Of a stretch of 64,000 bases of DNA, positions 24,127-37,193 are shown piece after piece; positions within the stretch are counted from its first letter, which is position 1, and the number at the start of each line of letters is the position of its first letter. Under the pieces are notes generated by a model. The model was not told the DNA's origin. It saw nothing but the letters and a program-made list of their open reading frames with translations, and searched no databases. Source of the stretch: Podospora anserina (Eukaryota). The stretch covers positions 1,922,001 to 1,986,000 of the forward strand of contig CM030338.1 of NCBI GenBank assembly GCA_017654855.1, written 5' to 3'. The position numbers and the translations under genes were made by a program.

Positions 24127-25517
24127 ATGTCAGAACAACAATCCCAAGAACTCCGCGAAATGTCGCCGTCGCGGCCGCCGGCACAGATGCCGAGCCTGTC
24201 GATGCGCGTAAAGTCGTCGGTGATTATGGGGATCACGGGTCTGATCTCGCGCTGCTTCCTGCACGGGTTCAACACGGTAGAGACGCACGGGCTGGCTCAG
24301 TTCAGGGAGCTGTTGGACAGCCGGGCTGATCCGGAGAAGAGGGAGAGGGGATTGTTAACTGGTATTTTCTCACCCAGTTTTATCCTCTGCTGTATTAATA
24401 TATTTTTATACTGTAATACCAAAGTCCGCTGACTTGTATGTGGTTCTTAGTTTCCAACCATGTCAGCGTGTGAGTGATGATCTTCAAATGCTGTGATACA
24501 AGATGAGGTTGAAACTCATGATTAATCCAGTCTTGACGACCCCATGGTATGGGGTTTGCTGCCTCTTTCATACGCCTTCAACCCAAACAACCTCCGTTGG
24601 ACATTAGGGGCGCATGACATCTGCTTCAAGAACCAGTTTGTTCCCCCCTCCCCAATATCCCCCCTTGTATCTCACTAACCCTTTGTCCTAGACTCTTCTC
24701 CTCCTTCTTCACCCACGGCCAAGTCCTCCCCTGCCACCGATCAAAACACTCCCCCCACGGCGGCCTCTTCCAACCCTGCATGACGCAAGCCATCCGCCTC
24801 CTCTCCCACCCGTCCCCCTCCCCTCCCGCATCACCCTACTACACCACCACCGGCACCGACTCGATCCTCTCCCCGCTAACGCACCCCCAACACCGCCGGT
24901 ACAGCTGGGTGCACGTCTTCCCCGAGGGGCTGGTCCATCAACACCCCGATGTTGATTTGCGGTACTTCAAGTGGGGCGTCGCGAGGCTCATCTTGGAGTC
25001 TGAGCCAAGCCCGGATATTGTCCCCATGTTTATCGACGGAACGCAAAAGTGCATGGCGGAGGACAGGGGGTTTCCAAAGTTTTTGCCGAGGGTGGGCAAG
25101 ACGGTGAGGGTTACTTTTGGGGGGGTGCTGGACTATGAGGCGACGTTTGGGGACTTGAAGGCGAGGTGGGATGAGCTTGTCAGGAGGGAGACTAAGAAGG
25201 GGAATACGACGAAAACGGTGGGGTGGTTGTGGAAGACAGCTGTGATTGAACAGACAGATGATGGGGATGGGGATGGGCAACGACAGGTGGGCGAGTTGAC
25301 GAGTGAGGAGTTACGCAACGGCAGAGAGGCGAGGGAGATCAGGATTGAGGTTGCGAGGAGGATGAGGGAGGAGATTTTGCGGTTGAGGAGCGAGAGGGGG
25401 GTTTACAAGGAGAGCGAGGAGAGTTTTGGGAGGGCGGAGACGTGGAGGGTGGATAAGGGGGAGGAGGGGAAGAAGTATAGGAGCCGGGTTGATGGGAGTC
25501 AGATTAATCAGGATTAG
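24127..25517 (+). CDS. TAZ1: Tafazzin (monolysocardiolipin transacylase); exons 24127-24361, 24451-24469, 24531-24635, 24692-25517
   Basis: The spliced product gives LLTVSNHVSVLDDP (HX4D), RWTLGAHDICF, WVHVFPEG and YFKWGVARLILES. Three GT-AG introns keep the frame. Confidence 0.92.
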
Positions 25518-26423
25518 GAGACTTGAGGAAAAGAATTTGGGATTGGAATTTGGGGGTGGGTGGTGTTTATCGGCCTGTTGTGTATATATTTTTGTTTTAC
25601 TTCGCGTGGTGTTTGGGAAAGATAAAAAAGCGGGAGAGAGTATGGCTAGAGATAGATTTGGGAGGGGAGCGAACGAATTGTACCATGAGGAAATTTCTTT
25701 CAAGTGTATTTTGCTTTTGGTTGGGAATGTGTGAGGTGTTGGTATGATCGTGAGATGATCGAGTCGCTCTGCGGACAACGGCAACGACCTAATCTTGAAA
25801 GTCTTGCTTGTTGGCAGTTGCAGAACAACACAGCACTTCTGAGGAGATGTCGCATCTCGCCAGTGTATGACAGGTGTTTTATGGAGGCATTGTTTCAAAA
25901 GTAGAGGAAGAAAAGCAAAAAGCTCACCGGCCAACCTTGAGGGTGGCCAGCTACGAAAACCCTACGGGGGGTTTTACTTCGGAATCGAAGTCGGGGCTTA
26001 TCGGTTGCAAGCCCCCGGCTGGGGGGCGGTAACAGCAGCTCTTACAACTTGACCATTTGTCCTGACCACAGAGTCAGTGGCGCCCTAACCAAGATTCTCG
26101 AGCTGCTGTTGGAAGGTAGGTGGTTGACCTGATATATAAACCGTCGTTCTGTTCTGGGAAGGTGCAGACATCAGCATAGGGAAGGAGCGAGCAGGGATGG
26201 GTGTCCATGCTTGAGTGCTAGAGGTGGACAGGAGATGATGAGCCTGTGGTTTGTTTTTGCTCATCACACATCACGGTCACGGCCAGGTCTTTGGATTTCA
26301 GGTAGTGAAGGGAATATTTTCGATTTCATCTTCAGATATCCTGAAAGATTCAACTCCGAGGCAGTGGTACTCTTTTAAGCAGAGTATAAACACACTTTGG
26401 TGACCTCATATACAACCCAGTTC

Positions 26424-28497
26424 TCATGGATATCCCTCCTCCTTGATCCAAACAGGCGACCCCCTTTCTGGTGACCCCTCCGGCTCAATAGTCTTGGCCA
26501 GCATACCCGACAACACCTTCGACTGGTACATCCCCATCTTGGCCCATATCGTCTCCAGTATCCCCATCGCCCACGTTCGGTAATGCCTCGGTATCCCGGG
26601 CGCCACTCCCGCGACTTTGATCTCGAATAATAACGTCGGTATTCCTGCAATACCAATCACTGCGCCGCCTTGCGTTTTGTCAAAGTATTCGAGGTGTTCA
26701 GGTTGGAGGTTTGGATGCCGGTAGTGTGTTGGGATGGAGATGAGTGTGTCCCTCACAAGACGGACAAGGCAGTCTTGTATTTGCTGTATTTTCTTGTCGG
26801 ATATAAGAGACGAGCTGCTGCTCGGGAAGCGCTGGACGCTTTCGATGAGGAGCTGGCTGAGCATAATTCTCGCCCAGCGGTAATGATTCCATATCCGGGC
26901 AAAGTACATGTCGGTGTAGATGTGATAACGGCCCTCAAAGACCGCATCTGGTGGGAAGAAGTTGTCGCTGACTTGCTCTTCGATGACGGTCCATGGTCCG
27001 TCCTGGCGATCCTCCCAGGCGCCAAACTGCGCGTCTAGAGCAAGAGCTGTGCCGATCATGTCGGTGGTGGCTTGCTGTCCGTCGATAAAGTGTTGGCTTC
27101 GTACATAGCCTGATAGCTTGACGAACTCTACCACAGGGAGGATAAGTTCGGTCGATGGTATCTCCTTTGGTGTGGCCATGTTGGCGCCCATGGAAAGCCA
27201 TTGTTGGAATGGTGGGGGTAGGCCTCCTTCGCCGGTTTGTGGCTCTGGTCGGGAGGGGATCATGTTGTTTGGTTCTGGTGACGTGTACTGGAAGGCGCCC
27301 TGGGTCGACGCTATCATGGAAAAGCACAGCTGGAGGAGCCCGCGGAGACCTTCAGATTGCGATTGGTGAAAGGGCAAAAAGCTTGTTAGAATGGCAGCAC
27401 CGCCCATGATATGAGTTCGCGCTCCAGGGGCTGGCTTCTCGTCTCTTCCGCGAACAACCTTGATTCGGCGTTAGCAGAAACCAGCATTCAAAACTGAGGT
27501 ACTGTACTCACCTCGTACATGGCCATCATGACTACAGCTCGGAGGATGACATCGAGGTCAAGCTCCGGAACATGCCTGGCCATGATGGAGGACGAAATAT
27601 TGTGCAACGCACGCCCATAGTGTTGTTTCGATAACGTACTGAATTTCTTGTCGCCGTTAATGTTGGACAAGCTGGCCAGCCCAACGGCTGCCATGATTTC
27701 TCGCGTTACTGCTGAGTGGACCCATGGCCTTCCTTGAAGCTCCTGCCCGACCTTTGGCTCATCTGGAAGTCCAATCACATAATGCTCAATGTAAAACTGA
27801 ATAGCCCTGTCCACGGCATTGATGGATATCTCCGTGGGCACTCTGTACCCCAGTTCGGGGGCTTCTCGTTTGAAGATGATCGCCGATGATGCCGATTGTG
27901 GTGATTGGGAGGCTGCCAGCCGACGTCGTATACTAATTGGAGATGCTGTTGATGTCGACGTTGGCGAGGTGGCCGAGGAAGATGAAGATGTTGATGGCGT
28001 TGGCGAAGATCCTGACCCTTCTCCCTGTTCGGATGTATCCGGCACACCCCACTGCTGGTGTGCTCTTTTTATGACTTTGCTGCTCTCATCCCGGAACATC
28101 AACGAGAGCTGGTCTCGGTACCCGGGACATGGCTTACCCACCCGGATGCATTGCGCACACTGAGGGCGGACTTTGTCGCACTGCGAGGCACCACATGTCC
28201 GTCAGCACAAGATCCAGAACCCTTCCACCGGTACACTGATCTTCAATCCTTTGACACGACACAGATCTGACAGATGACAGACCACCAGGGGAGCCCGCAG
28301 GCAGGTATCTATAGCGGGAACACGACCCGAAGCTCTGGGCCACATGGGCGGCTGCGGATTGGGCCGGGCCCTGCCTGGTAGTGTCTGGCATATGTAGTCT
28401 GATGTCAGGGCATGGGGCTTAATACGTAAAAACTCACCTTGATGCGTCTCGTTCGACAGTTCTGGCAGCCCTGTGATGCCTTTCCACAGTAAACCAT
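26424..28497 (-). CDS. Zn(II)2Cys6 fungal transcription factor; exons 28497-28438, 28180-27512, 27458-26424
   Basis: N-terminus MVYCGKASQGCQNCRTRRIK|CDKVRPQCAQCIRVGKPCPGYRDQLSLMFRDES followed by a fungal-specific middle domain. Introns 28437-28181 and 27511-27459. Confidence 0.92.
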
Positions 28498-29671
28498 GGT
28501 TGATTTCGGTGTTCTCGTAAACAAAAGGCCAGAATGGGTATTCAACTCGCCGCCCGCATCCCCGCCCTCGCGCTCAGTTTTGCTGCGTTACTCCAGATAT
28601 TGGCGGGGACTCGCCGGTAGTTAACCGAGCAGGGAAACCACTTCGTCGATAGAGGGGAGATGGCGGACAAATGGCGGTCACTCTTCGGAAGCTTCCATCA
28701 GGCAGGTCGCATTCGCTTCGCAACGGCGTGCGCATGCTATGCTATGCAGCAGCGTGATACGGCATCACTGCTGGTGGCAAAAAGACGGCAGAGTACGGTA
28801 TGATATAGGGTGATTAGTAATAAATAATGGGGAGTTAGTTGCTCAAGGGCCAGAAGTGAGCTGAGGGCTTGGGACTTGTTCCTGAGAAACGGGAGCCTCG
28901 GTCTCTTGTACCCTGAGAGACGTGAACACAAGGACAGCTTGGCATAAAAAAAGGCCAACGAGAGATGATCCGCGATCGGCACCCGCTTGTGATGTGATAT
29001 GATATCAAAAAAATAAGAGAGAACGTAGGGGGCTCGGTGGTGAAATTGAAGCAGATGGGGAGCTGCCTGGCCAGATGGCAGATGGCTGATGGACCCCGGA
29101 AATAACGGCCAATTACCCACAGCTCTAAAAGCTCCGGCGATTCGAAGCTGAAGCAAGTGAGGTGGGAAGCTGCCAGCATTTCAGTGGGCATCGTGGAAAC
29201 TATAGCGCCGTTGGGATCTCGCGTGCTTCCGCCAGGTTCCCCGCCATTCCTATCCGAGTAGCTGTGACTTGTCGCTAGCCACGACTGCAACTCTGGCGCA
29301 GGTATCCGGAACACCCGCTGCTCTTCCGGGGGTCAATTAAACCGGCCGATGCGCCGATTGTCAATGCGCTGCGGCGTGCACAGGCCCGGCAGCTGCCATC
29401 CGGCGGCACTAACGCCAGCAAGATGCGGGGTGACACCTGTGACGCAGCCTTGGTATCTTGGAGTATTGGGGTTTCTGACAGCATGTGCTTGTTTACCTGC
29501 TGTAAGTTGCTGACTTGACACGGCACAGGTGTCCACAGAAAAATTTGGCCAGATTTTGCGCCTTGCTGTCGCCAGAACGATCATTACGATGCAACGGTGA
29601 TGTTTGGCTGGAGGCTATCGTGTTTCACGGTGGGCTTGGTTTCAATAGATCCGGATGATGTGGTAGCAGTG

Positions 29672-29794
29672 CCCCGCCGCGAGATTCGAACTCACCTAGT
29701 CGTTTGATCGAGGATCGGTTTCTTCAAACGACGGCGATAGCTTGCTGCTGGACATCAGTTTCCGACCCTGGCTCCCTGGTTCACCAACAAGCCA
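29672..29794 (-). other. Pol III-type B box in a T-arm-like hairpin with an adjacent 9-bp stem; possible extra-TFIIIC site or small structured RNA
   Basis: Minus strand GTGAG-TTCGAAT-CTCGC (29695-29679), perfect inverted repeat GTCGTTTGA/TCAAACGAC (29699-29707 / 29724-29732), and A-box-like TGGCTTGTTGG (29794-29784). Confidence 0.35.
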
Positions 29795-31334
29795 CGCATT
29801 GAATATGATCTGCGGCGGATCTCTATCAGCATCAGGGTAAGGATCGAAATCAGACAAAGTCGGTTGTGGCATGACAAAACCATTAGATCTATAAACCGAC
29901 GATTCCTCGCGTATCTGGTCTTTATGCTAGGTTGCCATGCTTCTTTTCCAGCAGATTTTGCCTTTTTTTAAGTTGGTGTGAAATTGCAACTCTGAGCATC
30001 CATCCATGACCGACATTACGGCCCACTCGGGGTCGGCCAGTGCCAGTATCTGCCCCTCCCCGAAAACAAAACCCCGGACTCCGGGCCGGCCATCTGCCAA
30101 GCATCGGACGGGGTACAGGAGCCAGAGCTCCGGCCCGAGTCAAGGGCCCCGTCTTCCGGACCCGCCATTCCGTCTTGATCAGCATTGAACTTGCATACTG
30201 ACAAAGTTCTCAGCTCTCTTGACTGCAGCTGCTTCTTGCGGGGAACTCTGCGTTGCCTCATGCAGACAGAGTGTTGAGAGCTTTGATCGACAGCGGGTAC
30301 GCACAGTTTCGAGGCAATCTTCAGCATGCCCTATAGCTATTTTGCCGAAGGTAGTCACATGTGTATGTCAATGGCGTAGTACCTTGCCCTAGCGAGATGG
30401 AGAGAAGCACCTTGCTGTAAGATTGAATATTCTGACTAATCTTTAGCAAAGGGCTACCTGGTGATAGGTAGTCAAACTCTCATCACTGTTCTTCTCAAGC
30501 AGAGCTTCCCTTCCGAGCTCAAATCAGATCAGATGCCGCTGCAGAATCCTCTATAGATAAGCATCAAATCTCAATATCACCAGTACTGAGGACAGAAACT
30601 AAAAACACAATTGGTGGCGAGTTGGCTACCGATGGCTGAAGTTTATTATGGAAGTGTGGTGGTGAAGCAACCTGAAAGGCAAGTTCCGCGGCCACACAGT
30701 GTGGGGGCAGGCGGCCCGACCTTACGCAAATCAATTTTCTGCGTGTGTTCAAGAATCCATCGACCTGATTCCCAAAGTTTCGCGACTGCCGCAGCCGCTC
30801 TGAACAACACCAGGTCACCCTTTCCACTCTGGAGAAGCTCCACCTCGAGAATTCAAACCATCTTCCACTAAATCATCGACCATCCCGTCGACTCTAGCCA
30901 TCGACCCAATCCGTCTTTGCCATCTCCCCCTCCATCTCTGCGAGCTTCTTCTCTTCTTTCTCTACAAGCCCTTCCCCTCTCCGATCCCGATCCCGCGCCC
31001 TGGTGCACTTTCTGCAAACGCAACCGAAGCCCAGCTCCGTTGCCAAATCAGCTCTGATCTCGGAGCCGGCTTCAAAAAAAGAGTGCGTGTGCTCCATCCT
31101 CCGATCTTGCTCTCTTCCATCCAAGATGCCCCTCTCTGCCCCTCGATGCGTCTTTTTTTTCTCCACTTTCCGCTGACCTCACCATTTCCAGAGATATCCT
31201 CACTTCTCTCCGGCGCCACACAAAGCCTAGTCTCGTCCGACTCTACCCCACGCCCGCGCCGTGATTTTCCATCTCCCTCGTCGTCATCACTTCTGTTTTC
31301 TTTAATCATCACACACAAAAAAACAACAGCAATC

Positions 31335-33106
31335 ATGTCGACAAACGGTAATGCTAATCACCACGAGCAATACGCTGCTACCGGCCCAACCACCACAGAG
31401 TCGACTCCCCAGATCGAGAACTCGCAGAGCGACCTCCCCAAGGATGAGATTGGCTGGTACTTTGTTGAGCAATACTACACAACCCTGAGCAAGAACCCCA
31501 ACAAGCTTCACGTGAGTCTGCGGATATTTCTGGCGGTGCAGTGGCTTGGTGGGCTAACGGTCAATTGTAGCTTTTCTACGGCAAGAAGTCTCAGTTCGTC
31601 GCCGGTGCCGAGGCTGAGGTCACCACTGTCTGCGTCAACAGACCTGTAAGACTTTCCAATTGGGTTTGTGTTTAGGTGTTGAGCCTCTCGAAGCTAACTG
31701 TCTGCCAAGAACATCCAAGAGCGCATCAAGCAGTTGGACTTTGAGGATTCCAAGGTCCGCATCTCCAACGTCGACTCCCAAGGGTCTGCCGAGAACATCC
31801 TCATCCAGGTCATTGGTGAGATCTCCAGCAAGGGTGCCGAGCCCCGCAAGTTCGTCCAGTCCTTCGTCCTTGCCAAGCAGCCCTCGGGTTACTTTGTCCT
31901 CAACGACATCCTGAGATATATCGTCGATGAGCCCGTTGAGGAGACTGAGGCCGCCGCTGAGGCTCCAGTAGAGGCCCCTGCTGCCACCGAGGCTGCCCCA
32001 GCCGTCGAGGCCGAGGCCGAGCCCGCCGCCGAGCCTGAGGTTCCTGTCGAGGAGCCTGTCGCTGAGGAGAAGGAGCCAGCTGAGTTGGACACCGCCGCTA
32101 TCTCTCAGAAGCTTGAGGAGGCTGCTGAGGAAGCCCCCGCTCCCGCTGCCGCCGAGGCTCCTGCTCCCGAGCCTGTTGTCGAGACCCAAGAACCAGTTGT
32201 TGAGGAGAAGACTGAGACCCAGCCCACCCCCGAGAAGGTCGTCGAGGAAGTTGCCGAGGAGGCGGCTGCGAAGCCCGAGGAGCCCAAGGATCCCGCACCG
32301 ACCCCCGCGGCTCCTGCCACTGCTGCTCCTGTTGCCGCTCCCGCGCCTGCGGAGCCCCCCAAGCCCCAGCAGCCCCCCAAGCCCATGACCTGGGCTAGTC
32401 GCCTGGCTGCTTCTGCTGCTGCCGCGGCTCCCAAGCCTGTCATTCCCAAGGTTGCGACTCCTCCTGCTGCTGCTCAGGCGCGTGCTCCTGTTCCTGCTCA
32501 GGCCCCTACTACCGCTCCTCAGTCCACAGAGGCCGCCCCTGTCGCCCCCAAGGATCAGGGTAGCGAGTGGCAGACCGCTGAGACCAAGCGTCAGAGCCGC
32601 GCTCAGCCTGCCGCTGCCGCTACTCAGACCGAGAAGGAGGGAACCCTTGCCTATATCAAATTTGTTACTGATAAGGTGAAGGAGGCCGATCTCAAGGCCA
32701 CCCTGGAGGCTTTCGGTGAGGTCGTGTACTTCGACATCAACCGTACCAAGGTAAGCGATATCTTTTTAGATGAACGTCAATGAACCAGACTAACCCAGCT
32801 GTACAGAACTGCGCCTTCGTCGAGTTCAAGACCCCGGCCGGTTACAATGCTGCTGCCGCTGCCAACCCCCACACTGTGAACGGCGAGAACATCGTCGTTG
32901 AGCCCCGTCGTCCCAAGTCGAACGCTTATGGCGGTGCCGGCTACCCCGCTCGTGGTGGTGCCACCGGTGGCCGTGGTAGCCGCGGCGGGTACGAGTCTCA
33001 GCGCAGCGGCAGCCAAGGCGGCGGCCGTGGTGGCTTCACTGGACAGGGCCGTGGTGGTCGCGGCGGTGCCCCTCGCGGACGCGGCGCTTCCCAGGCCAAC
33101 GCCTAG
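31335..33106 (+). CDS. BRE5: G3BP/Bre5/Nxt3 homologue (NTF2-like + acidic linker + RRM + RGG); exons 31335-31511, 31571-31645, 31710-32750, 32807-33106
   Basis: Motifs EIGWYFVEQYYTTL..LH|LFY and KFVQSFVLAKQPSGYFVLNDILRY, an RRM (NCAFVEF) and an RGG tail. Three introns keep the frame. Confidence 0.92.
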
Positions 33107-34866
33107 ACGGCGATTGCTGCTTAGCGCGAGTTCACAAGCTGATCAAAGACACATTTACTGTCCATGATCTTGAAAAGGTTCCAAGGTGAGCTGCTAGTGT
33201 CAACAAGCCTAGCATCCATCTTCACACGCCATACGACGGAGTTGAGGGGAGGGCGGGCATTCTTCTTGGTGCGTCATGGAGTCACGGGGTTTGATTAGTT
33301 AGGAAAGGGCAAAATGGTCAAGATTCATGGTTTTTTTTTTCTCTTGATGGCAATCTGGCGGTGCAGTGTTGTGGAGTTGTGTGTGTTTTTCTGCTGCTGT
33401 TATTCTTGTTCTCGTTGCTAGTTGGGCCGTGCATTTGACTTGCACAGGTCACTCTTTTCCCCAAACACGCCCCTTGCACACACATCACACACATATCAAA
33501 AGGTTGTCATGGTTTTGCGGCATCGTTACAGCGTTGGGGGAAACGGAAAACGGTAGCATTGTATACCTCACTGGCGGGGCGGACTGGCTGGATGAATGCG
33601 GGTGGGAAAGGTTGGTGTGGAAAAAGGAAAAAGACACGGCATGAAATGTTGACCTGGTGTACGGTATGGTACGACATGGTACGGAAAATGAAGGCAATGG
33701 GGCCCAGAAGGAGTATGCCTGAAAAGGAGATGGAGACAACCTCTACACATCACCATTACAACATTCTTCCCAATCGAGGGCGGGGTGGGCCTTGTACGAG
33801 TAATTACGTTTGGGGGGGAGAAAGGCAAAAGGCGAGGAAGGGGGACGAAGCGTGTTGAGACAGTATCGTTTTAGCTTGCTTGTGGATTGAAGGGGACCGT
33901 ACGGTATGGGATAGGGAATAGTTAGTACCTTAGATTAGGGAGGTTTAAAAAGATGTGTATTGTTAAAAGCGAGATATTATTTGCAAAGATTCTGTCTCAA
34001 CTTGATATGGCTGTCTTGTGATCTGTCTGGGGAAGGAGAGATATGGTGTTGGGCAAGATGTTGGATGTAAGGAAGCTTTATTTGAGTGGGCATGAAGAGA
34101 GGTGAGGCACCACCACTACAAGAGCCAAGGACTTCCATCTTGGATTCTGCTTTTGGTGATTTAAAGTCGGGGTACTTTAGTTGGTGTTTAGGTTGTAATA
34201 TAAACCATGCCTCAAAAGCAAATCAATACGCCTTTTAAGTATCTTTAATAAGGTAGCTTAGTGATTATCCTTCGAGGCATGGTCCACAATATGATATTGA
34301 TTAACTTACCTTTGCTCTTCTGTAGGGAGGGTGTGAATAGCCAGACGGCTAGATAAATGGACGTAGAGATATAGGCTGTGTCATCTTGACTATCTAGACA
34401 TCTAATAGAGCTAGCCACTCGTCTGGCTTTTCGATCTCGTTTTTCAGATCTGTTGATTGTTATGTTGAGCTTTCTCAGCCGGTGCAATTACGGTAAAACA
34501 GCTCATCATCACTTCTTCAACTGCTTCTTTTCTTTTCTTTCCTTTTTTTTTTTTTTTTTTTTGTTTTGTTTTCGAGAACATCCAGGCAGGTAGGCAGGTG
34601 GGAGTTGTCAAGGGATGTTGTCAAAACACTGCAATGGCCGTTCCCTGGTGTTGGGAGTTAGCGTGTGTTGTATTCGTCGTCTTTTTGCGAAGTTTACTGT
34701 TGAAGCCTATATGTTCCGTTGGGTCTTCTTGTCTTGGACGTGTTCTGCTTCACGATAAAGGAGGAGGCAATCAATGCTGTTGGAGACATAGACTGGTGAT
34801 GATGATGATAATGTTGGGGCAAAAAAAGAAAAAAAGCAAACGCTGGAAAGAAACAAACGCTGTTTG

Positions 34867-34939
34867 TGGACGGGCCAGGAGTCGAACCTGGGTCTTCGCT
34901 CAAACTCGGAAATGCACTAACCGCTGTACTACCGCGCCC
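34867..34939 (-). tRNA. Aberrant tRNA-Ala-like gene (pseudo-tRNA or non-decoding tRNA-like RNA); anticodon undeterminable
   Basis: Sequence GGGCGCGGTAGTACAGCGGTTAGTGCATTTCCGAGTTTGAGCGAAGACCCAGGTTCGACTCCTGGCCCGTCCA. It has an intact D arm, a perfect T arm/B box, G3:U70 and A73, and downstream T-runs. The anticodon arm is mispaired and lacks U33. Confidence 0.7.
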
Positions 34940-37161
34940 ACGGAATGCTAAACTTGGGACTCGGGATTGTATACTGGGCTGGGGTTGGGTTGGAGCTGAA
35001 GGCTTTGGATTGTGGATGTGGCTTTGTTTGACAGCTGGTGGACGTCGAACTAGTGTGGAAAAAGGGGGTGTTCGGAAAGGTTAAAACGCCTCCCTGTTTG
35101 GGTAATGAGAGGACGGTTTTTTGGGCGGATGGTGAGGGTTGATAAGTGCTTTGAATCAGGAGAGGGCGTTTGATATTGAGGAGGATGTATGAAATGGATT
35201 TTATGGGCGAGCGCGTGGCGAGGTGGCTAAGCGTGGTGAAAGAGCATTTTTCGAGGGTTCCGGCGTGATAAGCCAAGTAGAAATAGGGGCTTCCGAAATG
35301 TGTTGCTCGGCAAACTTCATCGGTTTTCTGTTGGGGTGATAAAGAGACAGGATCAGTTCCCAGCTGACTGGAGGCTGATGATCATTGGAGCATCGTTTTC
35401 ATTCAGAAAACGGCCACGAGGGCACGACATGTCAAAGTTCCAAGAGGTAATAGCGATGTGAAGCACGTCAGATCCTAAAGAGGCATGTATGACACTGATA
35501 ACCAGCTGTGTCATGTATCAGAACCATATCTCTGCTGTGTTTGGTTGAGAGATATGTGCTAGGTACTTCTCTGTTCACAGACTCAGGCCTGGTTCAGTTC
35601 ATGTAGGAAGGTTTGTTTGAGTAGTCTAGGTCTTGATATGCTAATGATTATATTTCCACAAAAGATTCTGCGGGTATGGCTGATAGCTTCTCATATGACA
35701 GCTGCCATGTCGGTCTGTGTGTCTCTGTCTTTCGAATCGGTGTAGCTGAGTCACTTCACGTCGATAAACCTCTCATCTTTCCTACGGCTACCTCGGCAGA
35801 GGCTCAGGGAGAGTACATCTGCCAGAGAAAGCAAGCCACTGATGCCCTGCTTGAACCCCAATAGTCCTATATCCCGCAGCACATGACGGTGATAGGGTGG
35901 TCGTGGTGGGTCAGGATCCGATAACGCCCCCGGAAACAAGCCAAACCCATACCAGGTAGTTACCCATCCCACATGGAAGACCGGCACTTTGGAGAGCAAA
36001 CCGACGATGGCGTAAGTAGCACTGACCAGTTGCTAGTCTCGCCCGTGATGTTTCCGAGGCTGTGGGGTAGGGGCTGGTTGGGCTAGTTCCTGCGAGAGGG
36101 CGGGATGTGGGCGTGCGGCCAAAACGTTTGGGCACAGATAGTCGGGCCTGTTGTCGGAAGAGCTTGTCGGGAAAGGCTTAGTTTGTCGAGACTTGGATGG
36201 GAGAGGGAGGTGTAAGATATCTGGGTGCGCGGTGTTATCTTTGCTCCGTCTTGTTGTTTGTCTGTTGGACATACATAGATAGGTCAACCTCGTGGTTCGA
36301 GATGTCTGGAGCTTAGATGAACCTTGATGGCCAACCTTGAAGGACTCTCCTGATCTGGTGCTGATCGCCTCGACATGCTGGTATCTCGGCCTGTGACATT
36401 CAGTCCAGACAGCCGCGCGGCCAAACCATGGTTCGTACAACTCGACGCAAAACTACAGTCTGTATCCGGTAGGTGAGTGCCCATCAAGGTGTGACTCGAA
36501 ACAGAATAAGGGATGTGTGTTTTTCCTGTCGAGGCTCGAAACAGCAAGCATCTCCGCTGACTAACTACGTGTCGCTGCTATGTAACCCCTGACCTGACAC
36601 TGAGCCGGAGTGTTACACCACGCGGTGAGAGTTGGTGCTATTTTATACAAGCATGTTTTATGCCGTGCTCTCTGCTCCGTTGTCGTTTGTAACCTAACGG
36701 ATAGGGTCAACAAACATACGTAATACGATCCACAAGAGGAGCCTTCTCCAGCCTCGTATATGGAAGTAAGCCGTCAATATCCTTCTGAAGAAAATGAGGA
36801 TTGAGAGTCCAGATTTGCAAATCATGCGAAAGTGAGATCCGCCTTCCTGTCTGGTGCAAAGGTCTCCAGGCTGGATCCAGACTGGCGGAGCGATACTATC
36901 GCCAATGCTTCGGGACTTGCAAGCAGCTAATGAATTCCCAAAAAAAGAAAAAGAAACGAGGGAGCCAGCAGGGAGCGAGGCACCGAGGGAGAGAGAAAGA
37001 AAGAGGAGTCTCAAGGACCGGTCCAATCCCCCGACGAGCCGAATCATGGTTGTGTTTTTCTACTCCCACCTTCCCAAAAGGAACACCGCACACACTTGGA
37101 TGAAGAAAATTGAATGTAATGAATGGGGCCCAGAGAAGGCCCACTCGGGCGGGTCCCCGCA

Positions 37162-37193
37162 ACTGCTTGACTGCTTGACTGCTTGACTGCTTG
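37162..37193. repeat. (CTGCTTGA)x4 tandem repeat
   Basis: Read directly from the sequence. Confidence 0.85.

Noticed and set aside
29745-29790. GGTGAACC..CCAGGGTCGGAAAC similarity to SRP RNA helix 8
   Set aside because: The AGCAG partner is not correctly spaced, the order relative to the B box is wrong, and there is no Alu-domain start. Not called SRP RNA.
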